A stretch of 32,000 nucleotides of DNA, taken from Mycolicibacterium smegmatis (GTDB lineage: Bacteria > Actinomycetota > Actinomycetes > Mycobacteriales > Mycobacteriaceae). The notes under the pieces are model-generated. The model did no database searches. It was not told the origin of the DNA and saw only the letters and a program-made list of their open reading frames with translations. The stretch spans positions 6,030,001-6,062,000 of the forward strand of contig NZ_LN831039.1 of the NCBI RefSeq assembly GCF_001457595.1, given 5' to 3'. The position numbers and the translations under genes are program-made. Positions 1 to 7,959 of the stretch are shown here, in pieces; within the stretch, counting starts at the first letter, position 1, and each line of letters starts with the position of its first letter.

Positions 1-708
1 CGCAGCGGGCTCGTACCAGGTGTACCAACCATTGTCCGCCGCGCGCAGACAGTACTCGGTCTCCTCGCTGTACATCAGGAACGACTCGTCCCACATACCT
101 ATGTCGAGCAACAACCGAACCGAGAGCATCATCGCAGCACCCGTGGCCCACGCGGTGACCCCGGGTTCCTCGTAGACCCGGGGATCGGTCACACGTTCTG
201 CCAGAGGGCCCAGCCGCCCTGCCAGTTGCCCTGGCACCAGCGCCTCGACCAATGCTCGGATCACGGTCGGCTTCCGGCGCAGTGTGTATTGCTGAGCGCC
301 GTTTGGATAACGCAACCTCGGCACCGCTATGCCACAGTTGGTCCGGTTCAGCGCTGAAGCCAGTACCTGCAACGTATTCGGCGAGACACGGCAATCAGCA
401 TTCAGCACCAGGATGGCGTCCACGACGCTCAGGTCCAGAGCCTGGATACCGGCGTTCACGCCGGCGGCGTATCCCCCGTTCCGCCCAGTCTGGACAACTG
501 TCACGTCGAGATCAGCGAACCTCCCGGCGATCTCGCATGTCTCATCTTTGGACGCATTGTCGGCAACGACCACAGCTGCCAACGGTGTTCCCTCGTCCGC
601 CAGCGCGTGCAAACACTCACCGAGGACATCGGCGCTGTTGTAAGTCACGATCACCACTGCCACGCGCGCCGCGGGCCGGGTGCGCGCCGATACGCCGTCT
701 TGCGCCAT
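1..708 (-). CDS. Glycosyltransferase family 2 (rhamnosyltransferase-like GT-A); its C-terminal end runs off the left window edge
   Basis: Absent from the ORF track because it has no stop inside the window. Reverse-translating from the ATG at 708-706 gives MAQDGVSARTRPAARVAVVIVTYNSADVLGECLHALADEGTPLAAVVVADNASKDETCEIAGRF...VVQTGRNGGYAAGVNAGIQAL...ILVLNADCRVSPN...AWATGAAMMLS...GMWDESFLMYSEETEYCLRAADNGWYTWYEPAA. This is the usual GT2 layout (VTYN, DNxS, NxGxxxGxN, NAD as DxD-equivalent, ED acceptor loop). Its ATG shares one base with the TGA of the upstream gene (TGATG, 710-706). Confidence 0.85.
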   Translation of the reverse strand, partial: MAQDGVSARTRPAARVAVVIVTYNSADVLGECLHALADEGTPLAAVVVADNASKDETCEIAGRFADLDVTVVQTGRNGGYAAGVNAGIQALDLSVVDAILVLNADCRVSPNTLQVLASALNRTNCGIAVPRLRYPNGAQQYTLRRKPTVIRALVEALVPGQLAGRLGPLAERVTDPRVYEEPGVTAWATGAAMMLSVRLLLDIGMWDESFLMYSEETEYCLRAADNGWYTWYEPAA

Positions 709-1493
709 CAGCCCCTCCAACGCTTGACCGCTCGCGCGGCGCTGTTACGCGCTGACAGGACAAGCGGTGTGTGTGGATCGAGCAACCGGTATATCCAGTC
801 CGCATCTATGTCGTGACGCAGACTGGTCCTGGCCTGCAGCCAGGCTTCCGGTCGGGCCCGCCCACCGTCACTGGTGTAAACGCGGGTAACGCCGGCGTCC
901 CGCAGCCTCCGCAGCACGTGGCGGTCATAAGAACCGAACGGGATCGCCACCCGTGACACGGAACTGCCGGTGACGGCGCTCAGCCTCTCGTGAGCGTCTT
1001 CGAATTCCTCGTGGGCCTGCGCGTCGTCGATACGCCGCCAATCACGGTGCGCCCAACCATGAGAACCGATCGACATACCTGCATCCAGAAGTTCTCGGAC
1101 TCCGGTGTCGTCCACTCGCCCGAGCTTTCCCAATTCACCTGCGAGCAAGAAAAACTCCGCGGTGATGTTTCGCTCGACCAGTCGCGGCAACGCGACCTTC
1201 ACATCAGATGCGTTTCCGTCATCGAACGTGATCCGAACGTCCGATCGGCCTGAAACCGCGTCGAGGACCTGCTCGAACTGCGCGACACTGACCCAGGTGA
1301 GATGTTCCCCCGGATCCAACTCACGGTCGGTCGCGCCGATCCCGTGGACGGTGATGTTGCACACCGATGCGCGCCTGACATCTGCATCATGAGAAGAACG
1401 TACGGACAACAAGACAACCCCCGACTCACTCGTGTATGTCGACCGACTGCTGCCGGATGTCGATGCCCGATTCACACACGGGTCTGTATCCAC
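708..1493 (-). CDS. Polysaccharide deacetylase, NodB-homology / CE4 family
   Basis: The ORF-track protein has ITFDDGNASD (NodB motif 1, Asp-Asp), SHGWAHRDW (motif 2, HxxxH) and RVAIPFGSYD. The start is uncertain. GTG 1493 overlaps the upstream gene by 22 nt. TTG 1412 (preceded by GGGGG) and GTG 1361 are alternatives. Confidence 0.85.
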   Translation of the reverse strand: MDTDPCVNRASTSGSSRSTYTSESGVVLLSVRSSHDADVRRASVCNITVHGIGATDRELDPGEHLTWVSVAQFEQVLDAVSGRSDVRITFDDGNASDVKVALPRLVERNITAEFFLLAGELGKLGRVDDTGVRELLDAGMSIGSHGWAHRDWRRIDDAQAHEEFEDAHERLSAVTGSSVSRVAIPFGSYDRHVLRRLRDAGVTRVYTSDGGRARPEAWLQARTSLRHDIDADWIYRLLDPHTPLVLSARNSAARAVKRWRG

Positions 1494-3580
1494 GGTCGCC
1501 AGAGAGGTCGCGGCGGCAGCCGCAACTTTCGACGAAGCTTGAGAAACCAGACGCGGTAGTAGACCAGATTGAGAAGATCTGCCCAGAGGATCAAAAGCTC
1601 ACCACGCCAGCGCGACAATCCCGAATCCCGACTCACCACCAAGCGATGTAGCGGATGTTCCTCGGCACCCAGCAGGACCTTGTGGTCGTAATGGCCAGGA
1701 CCGCTCTCGACCGTTCTGATCCCGCCTTCGATGAGAACCCGGAATTTCTCCACCATACTCAACCGGCCCAGGCCCATCGATTCCAGAGCCGGGTCGTCAA
1801 CTCGCGCAGGGAGTCGCGAGTAACATCTATCACCGAGAATGAAACCGTATTCGATCGCCAATACCTGTCCGTCTCCCGTGATCTCGTAGAACCGAGCCCG
1901 TCCCGAGGATGACATCCGTGAGACGAGTTCGCGATTGAACTCCTCGCTGCCCGGCCAGTCACCGAAGTGACCGAGCTTGCCCCGCCGACGCCAGCACGAT
2001 GCGTGCAGATCTGTGAAACCGTCGAAGTACCCGATGGCTTCTTCCCCGCTGATCGTCCGGAACGAGAGGGCGTACCGGTCGTTCAGCTTCCGCAGGTTTC
2101 GCCGATGAGCTTTGCGCTGTGCACTGCTGAGACCGAGGAGGTACTCGTCGAAGGTCTTCGGGAGGTTGAATACCGCGTGGGGCCCGTGGCTGTCCGACCG
2201 CAAAATCTTGAGCGACGCGTGCTCCGCTGTGTGCTCCACCGCCGCGGCCACAGGTGAGAGCCCCGAAAGCGGTGAGAAGCTCACTGCGTCGCACCCCGTC
2301 GCGAGAATCCTTTCGATCGCGGCATGCACAACCGCCTCTTCATGGCCAGGCGCGATCGCCGGCGTGAACACCGGCAGTGTCGAATCGGCGCCGACCAAAC
2401 TGCCCAACCGCACCGGAACCGGTCCCGCCCAAACCCGATGGACACAGAAGGGTAGAGCACCGACCAAGCTCCCGCGATCTCTGACAAGCAGACCGACGAA
2501 GTTGCGCTGTCGGCCATAGTGTGCCCACCATGCCTGTAACCAGTCGACTGTGAAGTAGATGTCGCTGCCGGAATGTTCGACGAAGTCGTCCCACTCGAAG
2601 CGGACACTGTCGAGATCATCCACGGAGCCGAGGATCTCGACACTCAGAGTGGAGTTACGATTCCGATCGGGAACGTCTTCTCGGCTGCACGCTCGGCTGC
2701 TCTCGTCCCTCGCCCAAGTTTGAGACGTGCCAACGGCGAATCGTTTTGTCAGCGCCATACCGAGGTACACACACGCGTCGGCCGCAGAGCGAGGCCCGTC
2801 AACTGCCCGCACAACGGCGACTGCTGTGTGCGCGCCCGTTCCGCGCAGACGCTCGAACAACCCGCGCCTGTCGACCGATGACAGTTCGACTTTACCTCTG
2901 TAACTCCGTCGCAAGATCGCCAGCAAGCTCTTGGCATCGGCGGGCGTCCTCACCACCGACGGCTCGGTCGGTACCACGACCTTTTCGTGCGAGGCGAATT
3001 GGTTGTCGACGAAGAAATCGTCACCGGTCACCATCGGAAAAGCGCCGAACCGCTCGTGTCCTTCCGCACTGAGGCCGTACGCCCCGGCGCCCCACATCGC
3101 CGTCTTGTGCTGTGGAAGCCGCTGGCGGGTACGGTAATAACACCGGACGACCGCGCTGGCGCCGTCCGTGTCATATGTGCAGTCTGGCCGCGCCGCCAGG
3201 ACATCGCCGCGTGCCAGCCGATCGAGCACTGCCAGAACCGCACCAGCAGAAATCTGGATATCTGCGTCCAGGTACAGCCGGGGCCAGAGCGTGGCAGCCT
3301 CATCTCCGGCGTTGAGCGCAGCTGGTTTCGAACCCTCGACCAGTTCCAAGACTTTGGCACCGGGGATGCTTCGCGCCACATCGGCGGTGGCGTCGGAGCA
3401 GCCGTTGCACACCACGATCAGTTCGATGAATCCTCCGGCCGCCGCCTCACTCAACGGATACAACGTCCGCTCGATCACTGCGGCTTCGTTGTAAGCAGGG
3501 ATTATCACCGCCCCTCGCCGTCGCGGACCTGAAATCTGTTTCAGTGGAGCAGTATTCAAAAAATTCCCGGGCTGCGGCAT
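1472..3580 (-). CDS. Bifunctional fusion: N-terminal GT2 glycosyltransferase and C-terminal FemAB/CelD/BioF2-like GNAT acyltransferase domain
   Basis: N-terminal part: AVIIPAYNEAAVIERTL, ELIVVCNGCSDATADVAR, GSKPAALNAGDEAA, LYLDADIQIS (DxD). C-terminal ~370 aa: VRFEWDDFVEHSGSDIYFTVDWLQAWWAHYGRQRNFVGLLVRDRGSLVGALPF ... SSAQRKAHRRNLRKL ... FYEITGDGQVLAIEYGFILGDRCYS. I recognise this as the CelD/BioF2-like GNAT fold of the FemABX superfamily. The ORF is open to 3700, but its first 40 codons are Cys/Arg/Gly-rich and contain a stem-loop. ATG 3580 (MPQPGNFL...), about 30 aa before the PAYNE motif, is the more plausible start. Confidence 0.8.
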   Translation of the reverse strand: MPQPGNFLNTAPLKQISGPRRRGAVIIPAYNEAAVIERTLYPLSEAAAGGFIELIVVCNGCSDATADVARSIPGAKVLELVEGSKPAALNAGDEAATLWPRLYLDADIQISAGAVLAVLDRLARGDVLAARPDCTYDTDGASAVVRCYYRTRQRLPQHKTAMWGAGAYGLSAEGHERFGAFPMVTGDDFFVDNQFASHEKVVVPTEPSVVRTPADAKSLLAILRRSYRGKVELSSVDRRGLFERLRGTGAHTAVAVVRAVDGPRSAADACVYLGMALTKRFAVGTSQTWARDESSRACSREDVPDRNRNSTLSVEILGSVDDLDSVRFEWDDFVEHSGSDIYFTVDWLQAWWAHYGRQRNFVGLLVRDRGSLVGALPFCVHRVWAGPVPVRLGSLVGADSTLPVFTPAIAPGHEEAVVHAAIERILATGCDAVSFSPLSGLSPVAAAVEHTAEHASLKILRSDSHGPHAVFNLPKTFDEYLLGLSSAQRKAHRRNLRKLNDRYALSFRTISGEEAIGYFDGFTDLHASCWRRRGKLGHFGDWPGSEEFNRELVSRMSSSGRARFYEITGDGQVLAIEYGFILGDRCYSRLPARVDDPALESMGLGRLSMVEKFRVLIEGGIRTVESGPGHYDHKVLLGAEEHPLHRLVVSRDSGLSRWRGELLILWADLLNLVYYRVWFLKLRRKLRLPPRPLWRPWIQTRV

Positions 3581-3816
3581 AACGCTAACCACGGGCTCGC
3601 CAATCCCCCATGTCGCCCTCCCTCGACACACGCACCCATGAAGCCGTAGCGCACATCCACTAGTTTGGCAGATCTTATGCCGACTGTGGCAAACTCCCAA
3701 GGGTTTGCTTGATTAGAGAACGATCCGTCTGGACGTAGGGTACCCGTGCACACGCACGACGATGGCGCAACGTGACGCCCAGCTGACCGATCACAAGCCG
3801 CCATCTGCAGGTTCGA
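3581..3816 (-). promoter_or_regulatory. Intercistronic gap between the GT4 stop and the GT2-fusion start; contains a small stem-loop
   Basis: A 236-nt non-coding gap if the 3580 start is right. Stem-loop GCAAAC-tcccaagg-GTTTGC at 3689-3708 (6-bp stem, 8-nt loop). No convincing promoter hexamers. Confidence 0.25.
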
Positions 3817-5121
3817 TCATGCATTCTGAGATCTCGCGTTGGCACCGGCATCCGACTTCCCCGACTTCCCGCCACCCGCGCGCCGAATCGACTCGGCCAG
3901 GCCGACGATCCAATCTTCATAGCTGTCGATCGCCGCAGCAGCAGACAGAACTTCGTCGCAGTACCTCCCGCCTGCCTCACCCAGTTGCGCAGCACGCGAA
4001 CGGTCCTGACCTAGTCGGAGTGCCTCCTGCACGAGCAGATCCGGCCGATTCGGATCCACCAGAACGCCGGCACGCGCCGCACGGATTTCCCGGGCGGCAA
4101 ATCCGTGCTCGTCGGTCGCGGCCAGGATCGGTTTGCCGGCGCGAAAGTAGGAGGTGAGCTTGCTCGGCACGGCCATCTGCGCAACGCCGGGGCGTTCGTT
4201 CACCAACAGTACGTCGGCGGCGCCGAGCGCTGCCGGAAAGTCCTCGTCACTGACAGGCGAAAGGAAGTCGATCGCGCGAATACCTGAAGCCATTGATTGC
4301 AGATGCACACGCTGGTTACCGTCTCCCAGGAGTACGAACCGGACCCGCTGATCGGCACGACCGGCCAACTCGGCGGCGGCGATCACGTTCTCCAGTCCCT
4401 GCTTGAAGCCCATGTTCCCGGCGTGAAGAATGATGAGTTCGTCAGATCCCCACCCGTGCGAAGCGCGAAAGGCTTCGCTGGACATCGGATCCGGGGACGG
4501 CACATGGGTCCAATTTCTGATCACACGAATCCTGTGTGCCTGCACTCCGAGATGGCCGGAAAGCTGGGAAGCGAACCCTGGGTGGATGACAGCAACACCA
4601 TCAGCGAGCCTGAGAGCAGATGATTCGATGTGGCTGATCGCGGACGCAGAAAGCCCCGACGCCGCCCCTGTTTCCGTGACACCGCGGCTGTACAGATCCT
4701 GCACCACCATTCCGATGGCAGGCCGTGGCCAACTCACCCGCGCACGGACAGCCGCCATCGTGGCGGCGAGCAAGGGCGGTGTCACACACACCACGACCTC
4801 CGGCCGACCCCATCGAGACGTCATCAACTGCAATCCGAAGGTGATCTCCATCGCCGCACGTCCTCGCCAGGAGAGTCGTTGCGGCACCGGATGACTGAGT
4901 CGGAACACGGGAACACCGTCGATCTGTTCGTTCGAGCGGAACCCCGACCGGGTCTTGTCGCGCCTCCATTGCGGGTAGTGCGGAAAACCGGTCAACACGC
5001 GGACATCATGGCCGCGATCGATCAGGCCTTTGGCCAAACCGGTCGTATAAGGAGCGATCCCGGTCGGCTCAGGGGCATAGTTGATCCCGAGAATCGCCAC
5101 TCTCACCGCTCGCTGGGCCAC
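3817..5121 (-). CDS. Glycosyltransferase family 4 (GT-B; WcaI/WbuB-like)
   Basis: N-terminus VRVAILGINYAPEPTGIAPYTTGLAKGLIDRGHDVRVLTGFPHYPQW is typical of the WcaI-like GT4 subgroup. C-terminal donor-binding region: FVLLGDGNQRV ... LLVNERPGVAQMAVPSKLTSYFRAGKPILAA. Start is GTG 5121 or GTG 5106 (MRVAILG). Confidence 0.85.
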   Translation of the reverse strand: MAQRAVRVAILGINYAPEPTGIAPYTTGLAKGLIDRGHDVRVLTGFPHYPQWRRDKTRSGFRSNEQIDGVPVFRLSHPVPQRLSWRGRAAMEITFGLQLMTSRWGRPEVVVCVTPPLLAATMAAVRARVSWPRPAIGMVVQDLYSRGVTETGAASGLSASAISHIESSALRLADGVAVIHPGFASQLSGHLGVQAHRIRVIRNWTHVPSPDPMSSEAFRASHGWGSDELIILHAGNMGFKQGLENVIAAAELAGRADQRVRFVLLGDGNQRVHLQSMASGIRAIDFLSPVSDEDFPAALGAADVLLVNERPGVAQMAVPSKLTSYFRAGKPILAATDEHGFAAREIRAARAGVLVDPNRPDLLVQEALRLGQDRSRAAQLGEAGGRYCDEVLSAAAAIDSYEDWIVGLAESIRRAGGGKSGKSDAGANARSQNA

Positions 5122-5572
5122 CCTTTGAGGGTAGTTGCGCGCCTGCCGACTGGGGTGGGCACTGAGGAAGCGGACGCGAATTTCACGAATGTTCCACTCC
5201 GCAAAGAAACTCAGTTCACTCTGCTGTGTTCACACGCTGGATTACTCCACTTTGCTGTTCGGATGCAGCTAAACGATCTACACTCGCTGGCATCCCGATC
5301 AGCCTCGCCCAGAGGCGGTGGGCGCAACACCGGATCGAACCGAGAATTCCCGTACGCCTTGGCCGGCGCCTGGCAGTGAGCCACTCCGACACACACCCGG
5401 GCGGCGGGCGACAACAACATTGGATTTCCTATGAACCGGCCCAGCTATCAGAACGTAAACGCATCGCACAATGAGACCGATAGACCAGACGACTGTTTCG
5501 CTGGTGCGGTTCCCAACGTGAGGTGCCAGGTACTGGATTACACGCCCGGTCGGTGCGGTCGGAGATGTGCCG
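5122..5572. promoter_or_regulatory. Divergent intergenic region (GT4 block leftward, lipoprotein gene rightward)
   Basis: About 450 bp without a credible ORF and visibly less G+C-rich than the flanks. It must hold the promoters of both divergent units. GGAG at 5561-5564 is a good Shine-Dalgarno for ATG 5573. Confidence 0.4.
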
Positions 5573-7105
5573 ATGTCAGTTGAGCAGCCGCACCACCGGA
5601 TCGGCACGAGATCAGCCTGGCGACGCAAGCTCGGCAGCATTGCAACAATCCTGTTGCTTGTCGCTCCCACCGCACTGGTCTCCTGCCGAGCGCGCACGAC
5701 CGAACAGCTCGCAAGTGAGATCAGCCAGTACGGCATCACCTGGAAGTTCGACCGTGAATATCAAGTCGGCCAGTTCGTCAACGGAGACTGGTGGGTGGTG
5801 GGCCCGGTGAAAGTGGTTTCGGTGACCCCTGAACCCGGGCCGGCACCACCTGACGAAGTCATCGATCTCAGCGTCAATCAGTGGGACGACACCGGCCTGC
5901 AAGACAATCCTGAACGACGCAACGGTTCGATGGTCGTCATGGACCTCGGCCCGTCACAGGGTTACGACTCCCGTGGGACCACCTATGACCCGAATTCGTC
6001 GGTCACCTTTCCCTACGAGCTCGAGGTCGATCGCTCACTCATCTCTTCGATCAGCGAGGTCTCCACACCGAACACATCGATGTATGCAGACCTGATGTGG
6101 TCGTCTGAGAAGCAGACTCCCAACGTGATGAAAACCGCGGCAGTTCTGACAAGCTTGGCCGAGGCACCACCCGCGGACGCCTTCCGACCGACCTACGTAG
6201 GGGCCGACAAGGAGATCTTTCGCGCCTCCGACCTGAGATGGGACCTCCTACAGAACCTGCCCATAGATGCCACGAAATACCCTGTCCCCTCGTTCTCGGA
6301 GTATGAGCGCTATTTCGAACGCCCGTGGTTGGACCACCTCAACGGGGCGTGGGAGGGCCAGTACCTGTTCCCGGTCGAGAATCAGCCCGCGTACGGGCGA
6401 GAGATCGCCCGTATCGTTGGTGCCGCATCACTTCTGCTCAATACCGATGCACCGCAGGAGCAGAAGCAACGCCTGCTCTACGGCCTCGTGCAGTACGGCA
6501 TCGACCTTCAGGGCATGATCCGGCTCGGTGCGGTCTACAACGAAGGTGGAGGGATCACCAGTGGACGCAAATGGCCGGTGTTGTTCGCCGGATTGATGCT
6601 CGGCGAGCCGTCCTTCATACCAGAGCCTCGAACCACCGTTTTTCACGAGGATGCCCAGACATATTACGGTCAGGGTTGGTACGGCCAACACCCGCTGTGG
6701 CAGATGGTGTGGCACCACGGCCCGAGGCAGCCCTACCAGGAGAAGCCTCCCAGCGATTGGGACGAGTGGGATCAGACCTCCGAAGACTATCGGATCTGCT
6801 GCACTGTACGCGCCTGGGTCGCCCAAGGCCTCGCCGCGATGCTGATGAGCGCGAAAGCCGAGTGGAACCACAATGCGTTCTTCGACAACATCGACGACTG
6901 GATGCGGAAGGACGACATCTATGCCGCCGACAGGCAAGGGTACGAACGACCGCCGGAAGAGACCACCACGTTCGACCCGTTCGTCGATGCGTTCTGGGAC
7001 CTCCATCGCGGCAGCGTCCCGGCTCAACCCGACGGCCCCACCAATCTCAAATGGGATGTCAACGAAAGCGATGACATGAAGTGGGTGTCGAACCCTGCCA
7101 CGTGA
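5573..7105 (+). CDS. Predicted lipoprotein of unknown function (Trp/Tyr-rich; candidate glycan-processing enzyme)
   Basis: Signal peptide with a basic n-region (SAWRRKLGS), h-region IATILLLVAPTA and lipobox LVS-C (Cys codon 5684-5686). The mature protein is rich in aromatic residues (GDWWVVGP, ERPWLDHLNGAWEGQY, GQGWYGQHPLWQMVWHHGP, SDWDEWDQ). I recognise no catalytic motif. GGAG lies 8 nt upstream of ATG 5573; the track start is GTG 5567. Confidence 0.8.
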   Translation: MSVEQPHHRIGTRSAWRRKLGSIATILLLVAPTALVSCRARTTEQLASEISQYGITWKFDREYQVGQFVNGDWWVVGPVKVVSVTPEPGPAPPDEVIDLSVNQWDDTGLQDNPERRNGSMVVMDLGPSQGYDSRGTTYDPNSSVTFPYELEVDRSLISSISEVSTPNTSMYADLMWSSEKQTPNVMKTAAVLTSLAEAPPADAFRPTYVGADKEIFRASDLRWDLLQNLPIDATKYPVPSFSEYERYFERPWLDHLNGAWEGQYLFPVENQPAYGREIARIVGAASLLLNTDAPQEQKQRLLYGLVQYGIDLQGMIRLGAVYNEGGGITSGRKWPVLFAGLMLGEPSFIPEPRTTVFHEDAQTYYGQGWYGQHPLWQMVWHHGPRQPYQEKPPSDWDEWDQTSEDYRICCTVRAWVAQGLAAMLMSAKAEWNHNAFFDNIDDWMRKDDIYAADRQGYERPPEETTTFDPFVDAFWDLHRGSVPAQPDGPTNLKWDVNESDDMKWVSNPAT

Positions 7106-7131
7106 CGCAGGTCCGTCGTGGACCGATGCCC

Positions 7132-7959
7132 CTATCCGTGGCGCTCGAGCCTCGTGAGCCTGGGGCCGATGCCGGCTCTACGCAGAATCGCGCGACTGAG
7201 GCGCTCGTTCGAGCGTACTTCTCGGTCCATTACGAACATCCGCCCGTGGGCACCGCCTGGTGGCAGATCGATCAGCGCTTGGATCAATGGATACACGGCT
7301 TCCGGTGGCTGTCCGCCGTCACTCATCGCGGTCCGGGTCTGGCCGGGGTTGAACTCGTTGACCAAGACATTCGGATACCGGACTCGGTCTATCTCGGCAG
7401 CGATTCCACGTACCAACGCATGTAACGCCCCCTTGGATGCCGAGTACGAGCACGCACCGGCCAACGGGCTCTGATCCGCGAGTGAACCGAGAACGATCAC
7501 CCGGCCGGCGTTCCTCGACAGCATGCCCGGAAGCACTGCGCGCACGGCATTCGCCACACCATGAACGTTGGTCCGGAAAGTCTCTTCGAAATCCGCTGGG
7601 CTCTGGTCCAGGAAGTGAACCTTCGGGTATACGGCTGCGTTCGCAACCAGTATGTCCACCGGACCCATTCGTCGTTCGACTTCGGCGAAGACAGCGGCGC
7701 TGCGTGCGGCGTCCCCCACGTCTAGGCAGAACGGCGCGATGTGGGCGTGGTCTCTCGCGGCCTCCGCCAGGTCTTCCATACAGCGCCCGAGGATGGCTAC
7801 ACAGTAGCCCGCTGACGCAAGCCCGCGTGCAACCGCGCGACCGATACCGCCTCCTCCGCCGGTCACCACCGCTACCTGGAACCGATGTTCCGGCATTGAT
7901 TCGACGGCAGCACAGACAACACTGGTGACCGCGGGTCCGAGCGATGAGTCATTCGGCAT
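7132..7959 (-). CDS. Classical short-chain dehydrogenase/reductase (SDR)
   Basis: VAVVTGGGGGIGRAVARGL (TGxxxGIG cofactor motif), VANAAV (NAA), YSASKGAL (YxxxK). Start is ambiguous. ATG 7959 overlaps the GMC stop by 11 nt. ATG 7896 (MPEHRFQVAVVTGGG) gives a typical 254-aa SDR. Confidence 0.85.
   Translation of the reverse strand: MPNDSSLGPAVTSVVCAAVESMPEHRFQVAVVTGGGGGIGRAVARGLASAGYCVAILGRCMEDLAEAARDHAHIAPFCLDVGDAARSAAVFAEVERRMGPVDILVANAAVYPKVHFLDQSPADFEETFRTNVHGVANAVRAVLPGMLSRNAGRVIVLGSLADQSPLAGACSYSASKGALHALVRGIAAEIDRVRYPNVLVNEFNPGQTRTAMSDGGQPPEAVYPLIQALIDLPPGGAHGRMFVMDREVRSNERLSRAILRRAGIGPRLTRLERHG

Noticed and set aside
252-755. Plus-strand ORFs 252-755 and 329-643 at the left edge, the only track ORFs covering that region.
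   Set aside because: The minus strand of the same region translates into a clean GT2 N-terminal domain. It was missing from the track only because it lacks an in-window stop. The plus-strand products are Arg/Ser/Pro-rich.
5318-5400. tRNA-like fragment: GGATCGAACC (5332-5341) resembles the reverse complement of a tRNA T-loop, which could mark an integration (att) site.
   Set aside because: The flanking bases do not form a T-stem (3 of 5 pairs at best). I could not build an acceptor or anticodon arm on either side. No integrase or direct repeat is present.
6325-7074. Long alternative-frame and antisense ORFs in the six-frame track. Examples: 6325-7074(+), 6428-7027(-), 10335-11018(-), 11634-12377(+), 17140-17754(+), 17234-17761(-), 22290-23123(+), 24313-25437(+), 24935-25639(-), 28119-28742(+), 28396-29100(+), 4630-5379(+).
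   Set aside because: Each lies inside a gene with clear family motifs in another frame or strand. Their translations are Arg/Pro/Ala/Gly-rich low-complexity strings typical of shadow ORFs in high-G+C DNA, and none shows a recognisable motif.
7110-7124. GGTCC-gtcgt-GGACC hairpin between the convergent lipoprotein and SDR genes as a bidirectional terminator.
   Set aside because: It has only a 5-bp stem and no flanking T/A tracts, which is too weak to call.
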